A DNA stretch of 64,000 bases from Octopus sinensis (lineage: Eukaryota): contig NC_043000.1 of the NCBI RefSeq assembly GCF_006345805.1, positions 158,782,001 through 158,846,000 on the forward strand, written 5' to 3'. The notes below the pieces were generated by a model. It was not told the DNA's origin. It saw only the letters and a program-made list of their open reading frames with translations, and did no database searches. A program made the translations under genes and the position numbers. Below are positions 11,661-25,323 of this stretch, piece by piece. Every line of letters begins with the position of its first letter. Positions within the stretch are counted from its first letter, which is position 1.

Positions 11661-14600
11661 TGATCAGTGCTGTAACATTTTTGTGGTAAGTTTATTTTAA
11701 ATGCGTATTATTTTAACAGCAATACATTGTAATTTAGTATATTAATAAATTACATGGAATGTTCACGAGTTTAGACATCTTTTCTATAAATCTTGTATAT
11801 GTGGGATATTTTGTAGATCAAAATGTAGACGGGAGAGAGTAAAAATGATTTCTAAAGAGCATATTCTTTCATAAATAGCAACCTGATATTAACTAATATC
11901 ACCTAGAGTAGTGTTTGTTAAACGTGTAGTGTCATGTAATGTAATCAGCAGATATTTTCCGAACGATATCTTCAGAACGTACACAAAAGAGGAGGATCTC
12001 ACAAAGATCATAAACAGAAGTCGAACACTCCACACAAATGTCGGAAAAGAGGTCGATCTTTTCCACTAATCAAGTGGACACTTGATTAGTAAGTTCCTGC
12101 TTCTAGCACATTCAACGATAACTAATTATTATTGAAGGCAATATATAAATATAGTTATAAGGGAAGAGCACTTTGCTTAAATATTATTCCAGGTTACCGT
12201 AGTAGGTGAAGATAATTGCTTTTAAACTCGATTCAACTGAACAGATGACAAAACACACTAATACGATGGCACAAAATAACTCAAATTTAATTAGAATATC
12301 TTTCTCATACAAAAGTCTTCTTCTATGAGACGAATATTAGCATTGAATAGTAGATGTATTTTAAAAGTTGTAACAAGAATAATGTTATTTATGATATTGT
12401 CAGGTGGAGTAAAGCAGTATACATGTTACATCCAAACATACGCATTCTAATACTCATGTCAGATGCAGTTTTATCTGCACTAAAGTATGTTATTTTTCGT
12501 AATGACAGGTAAGCAATTTCACGACAGACTTATTACATCATTTCTGAAAATTTAGTTCCGTTCCGTTGCTACATTATTAAGACTCATCTCTCGTTGAGGG
12601 GCCATAATCAATATCATACTAGCATAATAACAGTCTTTTCCTTTAACTAGAGAATAAAACTATATTATTTAAAATTATTTAAAATGTACTTAAGTATTTT
12701 AAGCGATACGGACCTATTTGGTAGAAATTAGACTAATATTTCTAGGTTGGCAAAAAGCACAGATTTTCTTATTAAGAGTAAAACAAGAGAGAACACACCT
12801 TGTTACTTATTGTCTTATAAAAAGAATTTCAAATCTGGCAAGCTGTATACAACATATCCCGCCCCACGTCACTCCACACACACACAACACACACACACAA
12901 CGATGTTCAGAAGAAACTGTTATAATATGGTTAACATGAAACAAAGTTTGCAATGAATATTGTCTGAATTTGATGTCTGGAATATTTGTGATCACTCATC
13001 TACTAATCCAAGGCTGCCTGTTGGTTAAAAAGCGACCGAAACATTAAGTCACTATATCAATCAAAACCAGGTGTGCATTTTTTTTTATTATGTTTCATAT
13101 ATTCCAATGATGATTTTAATGGCTCCATCGCGAGGAGTGACTTGGCTTACTTTAAAACAGAAATGCCAGGATTCACAAAATTGTTAAGAGAAGAAAGAAG
13201 TAGGATCACGAATCAATCACGCGAGTGATCTATCGCAAACACGAATGAATTCAATAAGAATGCCATACCAAAAATTGCAAAGTCGATACAATATAAGGAA
13301 GAATTTCTTTAATATCCCGAAGATTTGCAGCTTTGATGCAGGTGGGCTGTTGTTAGGGATTGTTTCAACGTAAATGGAATGCTAATTGAACAATTTAAAT
13401 AGATACTCTGCACATAAACGTGCAAAGAAATGAATCAGTGACGATTCACGACTCTGCAACCGCCCATACGAAAGCAATATGAAATGTTTACAGCTATAGA
13501 AATAGCGAAGAAGTTGTAGCGTAGTTTCTCTGGTTGAGAGAAAACATAAGGTAGGTATGACGTAATTCAGAATCAAACTACGAAGATGTCACGACCAACC
13601 GTTTACAAACCTACAAAACATGTACAAGACATTTCATATATTTTCTCCAAAGCTTTGTTAGAAATGTGAAGCTCATAAAGTTCATGTTGAAACACAGTTG
13701 TCCGGCATATAAGAGGGAGGAACAGCATATAAATTTTGGCCAAAGAAGCTTAAAAGAGGTCTTGATGATTAGAAAGGGGTAACTTGCTACCCAATCATCT
13801 CGATCATTACTTCCAATCGGAGTCCTTCGTTCTAACAAGCTTTTTAATTAAGTGAGACATGAAACAGTCTTATACAAAACAGAACATACCTGTGCAGTTT
13901 GTATAGAGGACAACTGAAAGAATTTGAGCTGCGAGAGAAGATTTTTCTCAGTAATTCACCTCCGGGATATATTATGGATGTAACGTTGACCTCCACCATT
14001 AAAATGTGTGCGGACTTCGACGACTCAAAAGTGGAAATATTTGGCGCTTTACAGATTTGTGAGATTTACAAACTGCATTATCTTACTAACTGTAATAGTT
14101 TATAATTCAAAATACTTCAATATTTCACTATGAACTTGCTTAAAAACATTAAACACAGGGTATATATCTGAAAACGTGCCATCCAAATATATAAAGAAAA
14201 TTCTATTGTGTAATCTGCTAGAAGCATACCCACATGACGTGTAGAGGCAAAAATGAGGGTAGCAATGGTTAACATCCTCTTATATCTGTTAGTATGCAAA
14301 AGCTTGTGTTGTACATACTTTTGGCTAAATCCCAAGAAATTTTATATAATTCTACCCTTCTATTAATCGTTTGTAATTATAATTTTTATTATTCAACCAT
14401 TTCTTTTCTGGAAGTCATGAATCTCCGTTTTCAAGCTCAGAATTGAGGCATTATGTTACAGGACACAGTGCCTCCGTGACGACAGCCATGAATCTAAATA
14501 TATTGGCCGGGTATAGCATCTGCAAATTTCTTTGTATTATACCATAAATGTATTTTTTTGCGCGTTGTTCTTCACATTCAACATTATCCTATCGATTATT

Positions 14601-14988
14601 AAGCAACTGATTTCTAATACGCTGTACACTTTCCATTCTCTGCCTCAGACCATATACCTGATCTGCCTGTGTACATATCACACTATCTATGTATGCTATC
14701 TATGTGTGTGTATGCATTAGTATGGATTCATTTATCATTTTATTTATCTCTCACGTTTTCTCTTTCATTGTCTGTTTCTATATAATATATATGAATATTT
14801 GTCTTTGTATGCAATGAGTGTTTGTTGTGTGAGTGCGCAAGGAGAATTGAAAATTGTGTTGGAATTTTTGTTTTCAAATATGAAAAAAATAACATGTATG
14901 TAGAAACGTGAAAAACTACAAGAAAAAAAGCAACAAAATAATAATTAACAGTGTTTGTTGCTAGTATTGAAGTCGGTGAAACACATAC

Positions 14989-15066
14989 CTCTTGAATAAT
15001 ATATATCCAACTCAGGAAATAAATAGGAAGTAGCGGTGCCAGAAGTGAAGCCAGCATTAATTTCAT
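14989..15066 (-). CDS. Possible signal-peptide-like first exon (MKLMLASLLAPLLPIYFLSWIYIIQE)
   Basis: ATG, a 26-codon hydrophobic stretch and a strong donor GAG|GTATGT. No convincing downstream exon found. Confidence 0.2.
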
Positions 15067-16634
15067 ACTTGTAAATTTGTTATTCAGTATGCAATATTGA
15101 TATAGGAAATATATAACTTGGGACTTTCATTATTTCCTGCCTTTGTAATTAATTTACAAATGACAAAGTGAAACACGATATAAAAAGAAAAACTATGAAA
15201 AACATCTCAAACGTATTATCTGCTTTTTTGCTGTTGAAGGACTGTTTCTCTATGTAACCTTATTGTTGTACACGCAAGCGCACTCAAGGAAACGCACAAA
15301 TACACAAGCATACATACATATGTATATATATATAAATGCACGCAAGTTGCTATGTGTATACGTGCGTGTGTGTGTGTGTGTGTTACAAAAGGAAGCAATA
15401 TACACATACTTTCATGCATGCATACATAAGGAGGTAGATCGAAATAGGCAGCCAAATTTGTTACTAGTTACCACGATGAATGAATAGACGAATACATACG
15501 TAAAAAAACAGAACATGGCAGTTAATAACTAGATACACCTGAGTCAGAAATGGACTCTATTATTAATGATAACAGTTAAATATAAGAAGACTAAGCACAT
15601 TAGTCCCAACTAATACGGATCTATCTCATGATAACACGTTTCTCCCAGACTTACATCTGCCTGTGTACGCATGTCTGTATATATGTATGTATGTACGTAC
15701 GTATGTATGTACGTACGTACGTGTGTATGCATGTATGTATGTACGTATGTACGTGTGTATGTATGTACGTACGTAGTATTACGTAAGTGTGCATGCATGT
15801 ATCAATGTAAGTATGTTTATATGGTATATATATATATATAGAGAGAGAAATATATATACATATGCATACATAATATATATATACATACTCACAAACGCAC
15901 ATACATACATCTGCATAGCCATTTATGTTTATATCCCCCAGTGTTTTTATTTATTTATTAATTTGTTAGTCGGCTATTGTTTTCAATAACAATTACTTTC
16001 TAAGTGCTGGTATTTCACTTCACTGATGATGTTCTATTATTAAAATATGTTGTTATTGAGGCGTGCATTTTCATACGTTTTAGCAATTCCACATAGAATT
16101 TCCAATACGAAGTTCTTGATAGACTAAGCTAATAAAATTTGTAGGGGAGAAACTTCCCTCTTGTATATCAGCAGCCAGAAATTATTGCCAATCGTTTTCG
16201 TATGAATTCATATATAAAATAAAAGAAAATGGATCTTCGTCGGGCCAGATTACAAATATTTCCACTCATCGATCGACAGAAGTGCCTAACATTTCGATTA
16301 ACTTTTACATGAGTGAGTATTACTCAGCATTATATATTCCAGTGGGGTTCTCACCATTAACAAATGTGATTGTTTTTGAAAGGGTCACACATTTGACAAT
16401 CATCTGCAGTTCAATCACCAGGATTTACGTATCACAGTCTCCGCATTAATTCACAAAAGCCTATGCTTACAAAAAGCTGTAGTTAAAAAGAAAGCAAGGA
16501 AAAATAAGGGAACACTTGTACAACTTAAGTCATAAGGATTCGGAAACCGGACTGCCCTGAATACATTCAAAACACATGCACGCACAAAGATGAAGATTCA
16601 TGTGTATGTATAAATATACATATACATACATACA

Positions 16635-17115
16635 TGGTGGCTGCCCCCTCGTTATCGAGTATGGCCATTGCACGAAGCTTAATTAATGTTGTTATCATGC
16701 AATGCCTGTGCAAGAAGATCTTTTTTTAAAGTGAGGAAAGGCTGTGCACTCAGTCAATCCCACTCACTAAGCAACAGCAGCCATAATCCGAAAAGAAGAA
16801 CAAGTCAACATCATCGGTAACCACTGAGCCGCAGGTTTTATGTCGGAGTTATCCAAGTGTCCTGAGTTACCTTCTCCTAGAAAGATGCCCTAACAAACGC
16901 TAGGAGTCCTTCACTCCCAATGGTTTAACAGCGCGATTGGGTATTCAGTCCGATTATTTCTATGTCCCCGCGTATGATACAGCCTTAAGGCATTTATTGA
17001 ATGGCCGTTGACTCTCAAGAGTTCCTCCGCCCTTTGACGGGTTTTGTTTTTCATCCTGCAGGGTGTCCAATAAACACCCTCTTCACCAAGCAAGTATGGT
17101 GGGCTTGTCGGTTTA
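16635..17115. mobile_element. Interspersed repeat, possibly RTE 5'UTR-related or non-autonomous
   Basis: Shares CCTTCTCCTAGA and TTTT.ATCCTGC.GGGT.TC.AATAA motifs with 24830-25250 and is GC-richer than the flanks. Family assignment is tentative. Confidence 0.35.
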
Positions 17116-17295
17116 GTCACATACATGCATACATGCATACATAGATACATACATACATATATACATACATTTTGGTATAGAGAAGAGAATCTGTTCAGAG
17201 TTGTGGAAATTAGTTCTATGAATGAGAACATACATAAAGCAAAACATACAAATCTGCACATATACATATGTACATACATACATGCATACATATAA

Positions 17296-17360
<65 letters not shown>

Positions 17361-18316
17361 TATATATATTAATTGCCGTATGCTCTACCATAGTTATCCC
17401 CAAACCACAAGCCTCACTTCCTTAGATTTTCCCTAATTCAGAACCTATTCATGTCCTATTTAGTGTGGGTTTTGTGTTTGAATACTGCGTTATGTACCAC
17501 AAGAGATTACCGCCCATCAGCCATATAAACGCGGGTGTTTTAATGCACCAAGAGTTGATATGAGAGGTTCTTACTTGGTAAATAACAAAAAGGGAGATAA
17601 ATATTATCTTTTGTTATTAACAATGCTTTTGTCACTATTATATAGAAACTCGTGTTTGAAATGTATTGGATCTTGTTGTTCTGGCTTCATTTCCCTCTGA
17701 ATTAAACTGTGCTACCTAAAGTTTCAGAGTTGATGAAATAAATATCAATAAAGTTCTCAAGTCGGTGTAAACGACTGATGCATTGTACTTAAAACCTGCT
17801 GGTCTTTAGCCTAAATCTAATGACGTTATCTAGCTCTCTGACTGAGTGTACTAATATTAAAACGCCTATATCCATGACGATCTGATATTTCTGTTCAAAC
17901 ACTGTATGAAATATGTCAATTTAATGAAACTCGAGCATAAAATTGGATATCATTAGTAATGACACAATGGGGCTATAACATTTCAACCGGACCACATCAC
18001 CTATAGCTAAGTAAATAATCATAAACGTTCTTTACTATGAAAGTTACTTCTACATTTATATTACATAAAAGCTACTCAGCACTGAGATGTTATATCAATT
18101 TTCAGTTACGTCATATATAAGGAGTTACAAAGGCATCTAACATTTTTATGTCATCTAGCTTTACGTCACGTGGCCAGAAAGATATTGACGGTGAAGTGTT
18201 TGTCGATGCTAAGTGAAAATTATATATTTTACAATGATTGCAATAATGGTTTATCAAACCACTTAGCCAAGAAAGTCAATAAAGGCGCCGAATATATGTA
18301 TATATATATACATACA

Positions 18317-18347
<31 letters not shown>

Positions 18348-18395
18348 GTGAATGTATATTTACATGTATGCATAAGTAGACACACATATATATTC

Positions 18396-18436
<41 letters not shown>

Positions 18437-19076
18437 AAATTTCAGGGTAGCAAAAAATTTTGAAAAATTCTTTGCTACCAGTGGTATAGCGAGAAGAAAG
18501 AACTAGTCAATAGACTATATATTATTTATATAAAATACAGTGTACATTTAAACACATAAGAGATGGCCATATCAGGACATCTGACTCGCTAGAAAGAGTA
18601 GTTAAAACTCCAAACCACTATTAGGGGTAATTTCGAAAGGGAATGAAAAATAAAAACAGTTACCCTCTGTTTTCCTCTTCCATGGTTTCAAGCAATCTTT
18701 AGTAAATAAAATCATTTACATTTGGCGAAGAATTTACATCTTTATATGAATAATATATAATCTGGTAGCAAAGAAATTTTGTAAATTTTTTGGCTTCCTG
18801 AAATTTATAAATTAATGATAAAATGTTTTTTGGATAATTTTGAAAGAAAAATCGGCATTTTTTATATATGCTGCCGATAATAACCCGCGCGTACGCGGTG
18901 GATTTTGAAGAGATTATAACATGTAAACACGAGGCATGTTTTTTATCGCCTCGTTTTTATATGTTAAACTTGGCTTTCCTGCTGATGAGAGCTTCGCCAA
19001 ATGTAAATTATTTTATTTACTAAAGGGTATCCGACTTACTCATGAGTGCACGTGTTTCTATGCCTGTATGTGTGTG

Positions 19077-19108
<32 letters not shown>

Positions 19109-19190
19109 TGTATGTATGTATGTATGTATGTATGTATGCATGTATGTATGAATGTACGTATGCATGTATGCATGTATATATGTATGTATG

Positions 19191-19258
<68 letters not shown>

Positions 19259-19506
19259 TATATATATGTATTTATACTTGTACAAACGCACACACACACA
19301 CACATACATACTGTGCATATATGTATGTGTGTGTGCTATGTACCATTTCAATATAACGCTGGTATGTTATTTTGTTTTTGTGAATATGCGCATATTTGTG
19401 TGCATACTTGCATAGTGGGTTGATAGATGTTTAAAAGTGTAGCCTCAGTGAATCCGAGTGTATAAATTGCCTCTCCAAATTAATTTCTATAAGGAATTTT
19501 AAAGAA

Positions 19507-19657
19507 TTTACGACAATATTACTGTATTCTTTGCCATTAATGTTCTCCAACAGTAACACAACACCGCTTCTCGTCCGATCACCGAAGTTAAGCAACATCG
19601 AGCCTAGTTTGTACTTAGATGGGTGACTGCTTGGGAAACTTAGGTGCTGTAAGCATT
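19507..19657 (+). pseudogene. 5S rRNA pseudogene with interrupted 5' end
   Basis: 19561-19657 reads ACACCGCTTCTCGTCCGATCACCGAAGTTAAGCAAC...GATGGGTGACTGCTTGGGAAAC..GGTGCTGTAAGCATT, which matches the 5S body with box A/IE/box C. A 5'-like piece TTTACGACAATATTAC lies at about 19507-19522, separated by about 38 nt. Single copy, not arrayed. Confidence 0.85.
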
Positions 19658-20406
19658 CCTATTGTGATGCGGCGAGCTGGCAGAATCGTTAGCACGCTAG
19701 GCGAAATGCTTAGCGGCATCGCGTCCGTTTTCACGTTCTGAGTTCAAATTCCGCCGAGGTCGACTGGCCACTTCCCCAAAATTTCCGGCCTTTTGCCTAG
19801 AGTAAAAAGCATTATCAACAATATATCCATTCCAATATCACCTACTAATAACCATTGCCCACATCGTTATTAAACGGCACTACCGCCACTAATATTTTTA
19901 CTGTCCACTTCCTTTTCAGCAGTATCGTAATCATTGTCATCGTTATAAGCATATCCTCTGTAAACTAACATCCCACTATCCCGTCACTCATCGCATTGCC
20001 TCATGCTGTTGAACTATGTTCAATTTCTTGTATGTATTTACGTTCCTAGCTAGATATATCTGTATAAGGAGTATTTTTGTATTTACTAAATTACAACCAC
20101 ACGGTCCTGTGTGTCCGATTAAAATACACACAGTGAAATTTATTCGGACACGATTTTTCATAAACCTTAGTAGCATTTAGCCTTCGCACTTTAGCACATT
20201 GAATTCTTGATTCTCTGTAGATTTACCTTGTTCATAATTATCGATAAATCTCGGGTCCGCTCATATGCACACACAGGTGAGCACAGGCACTGACACACTC
20301 AAACGTAGACATACACACTCTCCCTCGCGCACACACATACAAACACACAAACATACACATATACACACAGATATATGTATATGTGTGTGTGTGTATGTGT
20401 GTAAGC

Positions 20407-20567
20407 GCAGGAGTGACTTTGCGGTAAGAAGCTTGCTTCACGCTCCCTTGGTTCCAAGATTCAGTTCCACTGCGAACCCCCTTGGAGAAGTGTTTTACTA
20501 ACATAACCTCGGGCAGATCAAAACCTTGTCAGTGGATTTAGTAGACGGAAACTGAAGGAAACCTGTC

Positions 20568-20632
<65 letters not shown>

Positions 20633-20850
20633 TGTGTGTCTGTGTGCTTGTGTGTCTGTGTTTCTTCCCCCAGCATCGCTTAACAGCTGGTGTTAGTGTG
20701 TTTACGTCCATGTAACTCAGTGGTTCACCAAAAAGAGACCGATAGAGTAAGTACTAGGCTTACAAAGAATAAGTCCTGGGGTCGATTTGCTCGACTAAAG
20801 CTGGTGCTCCAGTATAACTGCAATAAGCTAACTGAAATAAATAAAAGAGT
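20407..20850 (+). mobile_element. SINE family S1 with expanded internal (TG)n
   Basis: Head GGAGTGACTTTGCGGTAAGAAGCTTGCTT, body and tail homologous to 5327-5710. Confidence 0.8.
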
Positions 20851-20950
20851 TTATCTCTCTATCTATCTATCTACCAATCAATCAATCACTCTCTCTCTAT
20901 ATATATGTGTGTGTATATGTATATATATATGTATGTATATGTATATGCAT

Positions 20951-21433
20951 AAGATCTGGTCATCAAATCTAAGTAGAGACTTCAAACTTGAAATCTTCAA
21001 AGCCACAGTCGAACCAATTCTACTATATGACTCAGAAACCTGGACGTTATCAAAGAAGCTTGAGAGACGGTTGGACGGAACGTACACTCGCCTCCTTATG
21101 AGAGCTCAAAATCTCTCGTGGAAGCGCCATCCAACCAAAACGCAAATATATGGGAAACTACCACCTGTGTCATCTCTTGTGAAAGGTAGGAGAGTCCAGT
21201 TTGCTGGACATTGTTGTAGAGCTGAAAAAGAGGTAATTTCTACTCTTCTCCTCTGGAAGCCATCTGCTCGCGATACCAGAGGGCGCACACTCTCCTACCC
21301 TGATGTAATCTCCAGGGATACAGGCATCCAGCAACAGGACCTCCGTAATGCCATGATGGACCGTGAAGTTTGGCGTAGCATGGTAAATTCCATTGTCTCG
21401 ACCACGGTCGAACAATGATGATGATGAAGATGA
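20951..21433 (+). mobile_element. 5'-truncated RTE-clade LINE, intact C-terminal reading frame
   Basis: KIWSSNLSRDFKLEIFKATVEPILLYDSETW...FAGHC...DREVW* is the post-RT region of RTE-type ORFs. The stop at 21416-21418 runs into a (TGA)n tail. Confidence 0.85.
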
Positions 21434-22819
21434 TATGTATACACACACACACACGCGCATATATATATATATACATACATACACATACTGAAGACTGGAA
21501 TGCAGTAAAATTTGTACACTGCCTTCAGGTATTTAGTTGTTCATATTGACGACATCAAACATTTTGAAGCTAGTAATTACTTCTCTTGAGCAGAAAAGCT
21601 AAGTTCGTCCACAATATATTGATCGAAATTTGGCTACACTGGAACACAATTGTCTAAGGTGTCATTCAGTAGGACAGGCACTGAATCCCCATGATTGAGA
21701 AGTGACATTTTTATCGGAATACCTGTGCCTGTGCGTGTGTTTTACGTGTATATATATATGCATGCACACACACAGATACACAAACACAGACACACACACA
21801 TACACACATATTTATATATATATGCATACATACATAGTTATATTCACGAATACACACATATATACACGCAGGTACAAGCACGCACTTACATAACACTTTG
21901 GAAATGAATTTAACTTCACAATAGAAGTTATTTGTATTCAGTCCTATTTATCTATCTATTTGTCTGTCTGTCTGTCTATCTCTCGATATATATTTATATA
22001 TACTTTATTTGTGGGTTAGAAAGGCTACAAATGGGCGGGCTTGTAAGGATCCCTAATGACATGAAACCATTAGTCGTCTGGTTAACGAACAACAAAAGAA
22101 AAGAATACTCCTCATCCGATGTAGTGTTGAGCACTTATTCTCACAGATCAACGTTAGCATATGTGTGTGTGTATGTTACTGCGTGTGTATGTGTATATGT
22201 GTGTGTGTATGTGTGTGTGTGTATTTCTCTCTTATAATGTTGTTTTGCATCCCGCCTTTAATATTTCATTGTAATATTATCGTTTTTAAACGTTCTTGAT
22301 GTTATTTGTAAACTCTACAAAAAGTAAGCCACCTTCTACGCAAATAATTGTTCTGATTTCCATATCCGTTGTGTAACGAGATATCATTTGAAAATTGTAC
22401 GAGTTCGGTGAGTAGTGTACCTCACAATCATGTTGTCTTGACTTCGGTCTCATTGGGTGTGACATTCGGCAAGTGTCTTCTATTATAGGTGGGGAAAATC
22501 AGAGTCTTGTAAGCTTGGAATACGAGAATTGAAGAATAGTCGCCCTATACATATATATATATATATAAATTTGAGAACAACCTTTTCTTAGTGGTCAGAC
22601 CATTGGGGGTCTACATCTAGCATAAAAATAATTTTTAATTCCATTACAATCCTAAAATACTATTAAATTTTATTCAATTAAGAAAAGGTAAAATCGGACA
22701 GAACACATGTGTCCGATTTGAAAAAAAAAACTATAAACGAAGACAGGTGGTGTAGAGAATTAAATATTATTTTACAGAATAATAGAAATATAATTTCTTT
22801 GATCAAAACCCTTTCTAAC

Positions 22820-22878
22820 ATGGAAGTATCCAAAGAACATTTGAGGCACATAATGCTTTATGAGTGCACAAAAGGGGC
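22820..22878 (+). pseudogene. mariner transposase N-terminal fragment
   Basis: MEVSKEHLRHIMLYECTKG resembles mariner N-termini (KEH(I/F)RH(I/C)LL(Y/F)EF..G). The homology stops abruptly. Confidence 0.45.
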
Positions 22879-23147
22879 GACAAGGAGACGACTTTATATC
22901 TAGCACGGCCTGCCAGCGTGCACGTTGCTGACGACATGCTTCCAGCCCGTCAGGTCTGCATGCGTCACCACCTTCCCTTCGCCGCAAAACTTCCGAATAA
23001 AAATAAAATAAATATATACTAAAAATAATTAAAACAATTAATAATCATTTATGAATGTATCAATGGCCAAACACGTCATCATAAAATAAATGATGTCTGC
23101 GAGTGACATGACTTATAAAATCCACAACTTAAAAATAAAAAGCTAAT

Positions 23148-23209
23148 TTCTCTATAGCAATTTCGACGTTAGGAACCTATTAAGGGTCCCATTCGTCTCT
23201 TCAGGAGAA
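23148..23209 (-). ncRNA. Type I hammerhead ribozyme (unit 1)
   Basis: TTCTC-CTGAAGA-GACG aat GGGACC cttaata GGTTCC taa CGTC-GAA-ATTGCTAT-A-GAGAA. Canonical core, G10.1-C11.1 pair, 5-bp stem I, near-palindromic stem III. Predicted cut after AUA (23153/23152). Confidence 0.8.
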
Positions 23210-23995
23210 TATTCCTATAGATAGAATTAGATACAAGATCTCACTCTGGGGCTTACATGTACCCTGACCGGCAAGAATAATGTGTCAACTTCTATCTACA
23301 ATCTCAAATTCTGAATCCAGACGTCATGCACAGCGTTTATGAGACAAAACCGGTGCATTCGAGCCACGGCGAACCACCAAATATGAGTAGGGAAAATTAA
23401 ATAATTAAAAAGTAATATAATGACACATTACTGAGAATATATCATAAACAATTAATAATTATTGATGAATATATCAATGGCCAAACATTTTATCATAAAA
23501 TACATAGAAGAAGAGTGTTTATAATTATTAGCAAGCCACAGTTATAACTAAGAACGTTTAAAAAACCCTAACATGTTTAGAAATAGCAGTCAAAAATCTC
23601 TATAAAGCCCCTATTATCACTCATGCTATGCCTCCTCATAATAAATGCTGTTCCGCGGGTGAGTTAATCTTTTAATTATAAGTTGTAGATTTTACAAGTC
23701 ATGTCGCCTGCAGACAACATATATTGTGTTAGGGTATACAATAGGAGTAATAGTAGTGGCTTTATAGTGGTTTTTGACTGTTATTTCTAAACACGTAAGG
23801 GTTTTTCAGACCCTCATAGTTATAGTTGTGATTTGTTCATAATTATAAACTCCCTTCTTCTATATACTAAAAATAATTAAAACAATTAATAATCATTTAT
23901 GAATGTATCAATGGCCAAACACGTCATCATAAAATAAATGATGTCTGCGAGTGACATGACTTATAAAATCCACAACTTAAAAATAAAAAGCTAAT

Positions 23996-24057
23996 TTCTC
24001 TATAGCAATTTCGACGTTAGGAACCTATTAAGGGTCCCATTCGTCTCTTCAGGAGAA
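23996..24057 (-). ncRNA. Type I hammerhead ribozyme (unit 2)
   Basis: Identical motif 848 bp downstream. Predicted cut at 24001/24000. Confidence 0.8.
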
Positions 24058-25323
24058 TATTCCTATAGATAGAATTAGATACAAGATCTCACTCTGGGGC
24101 TTACATGTACCCTGACCGGCAAGAATAATGTGTCAACTTCTATCTACAATCTCAAATTCTGAATCCAGACGTCATGCACAGCGTTTATGAGACAAAACCG
24201 GTGCATTCGAGCCACGGCGAACCACCAAATATGAGTAGGGAAAATTAAATAATTAAAAAGTAATATAATGACACATTACTGAGAATATATCATAAACAAT
24301 TAATAATTATTGATGAATATATCAATGGCCAAACATTTTATCATAAAATACATAGAAGAAGAGTGTTTATAATTATTAGCAAGTCACAGTTATAACTAAG
24401 AACGTTTAAAAAACCCTAACATGTTTAGAAATAGCAGTCAAAAATCTCTATAAAGCCCCTATTATCACTCATGCTATGCCTCCTCATAATAAATGCTGTT
24501 CCGCGGGTGAGTTAATCTTTTAATTATAAGTTGTAGATTTTACAAGTCATGTCGCCTGCAGACAACATGTATTGTGTTAGGGTATACAATAGGAGTAATA
24601 GTAGTGGCTTTATAGTGGTTTTTGACTGTTATTTCTAAACACGTAAGGGTTTTTCAGACCCTCATAGTTATAGTTGTGATTTGTTCATAATTATAAACTC
24701 CCTTCTTCTATATACTAAAAATAAATAAATATATACTAAAAATAAAGTTACATATATACGGAAAAGGAAAAAAGTATATATTGGGAAAAAATGCAGCACA
24801 TATCGAGCAGAGGTCAGCAGTGCTTGTGCAGAGTTTTAGGTCCAGTAAGATTTGCCCGACACCTCAAAGAGCCACTCCACTCTAAGGACGCTATCCAGAG
24901 GCAAGCCGGAGCGACATGTCTGGTACCAATATGAGTCGCTTGCTCAGAGATGTAGGAGGGCCATGATCTCTAGCACAAACCAAAGATCCCCAAAATGTCC
25001 AATGCCATTCCCTGTATATCTGGTTTTATATCAGAGTGACCTTCTCCTAGAGATATGCTTCAACTGAAGCTGAGGGGTGCCTCAGTCTCAGACGTCTTCT
25101 TGCACGCCGGACACCATCCTGAAAATTCTGCTAGATAGCCGTTGCATTAGGTTCATCCGACCTTTCAACAGGTCTTGTTTTTAATCCTGCTGGGTTTCTA
25201 ATAACCCTCCTCACAATTTAGTCGCCGACATCCCGACCATGCAACAGGTATTGGATTATGCATTACCAGTAAAACTTAAATGACCCTCATAAGTGGTCTT
25301 TTATATATATATATAAAAATGAT

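Larger units (their letters stand above)
23013..24708. repeat. Tandem duplication, 2 x 848 bp, non-coding, one hammerhead per unit
   Basis: Anchors at 23015/23863/24711 and 23101/23949 give a period of 848. At least two substitutions between copies. A roughly 30-bp direct repeat AAAAATAAAATAAATATATACTAAAAATAA bounds the array. Confidence 0.95.

Noticed and set aside
12404-12508. 105-nt AG...GT-bounded open segment (WSKAVYMLHPNIR...)
   Set aside because: No recognisable homology and no partner exons.
13100-14110. Protein-looking short frames on both strands
   Set aside because: All frames are interrupted and match no family I recognise.
19561-19657. Functional 5S rRNA gene
   Set aside because: The 5' end is interrupted, there are helix-breaking substitutions, the T-run terminator is weak, and it is not in an array.
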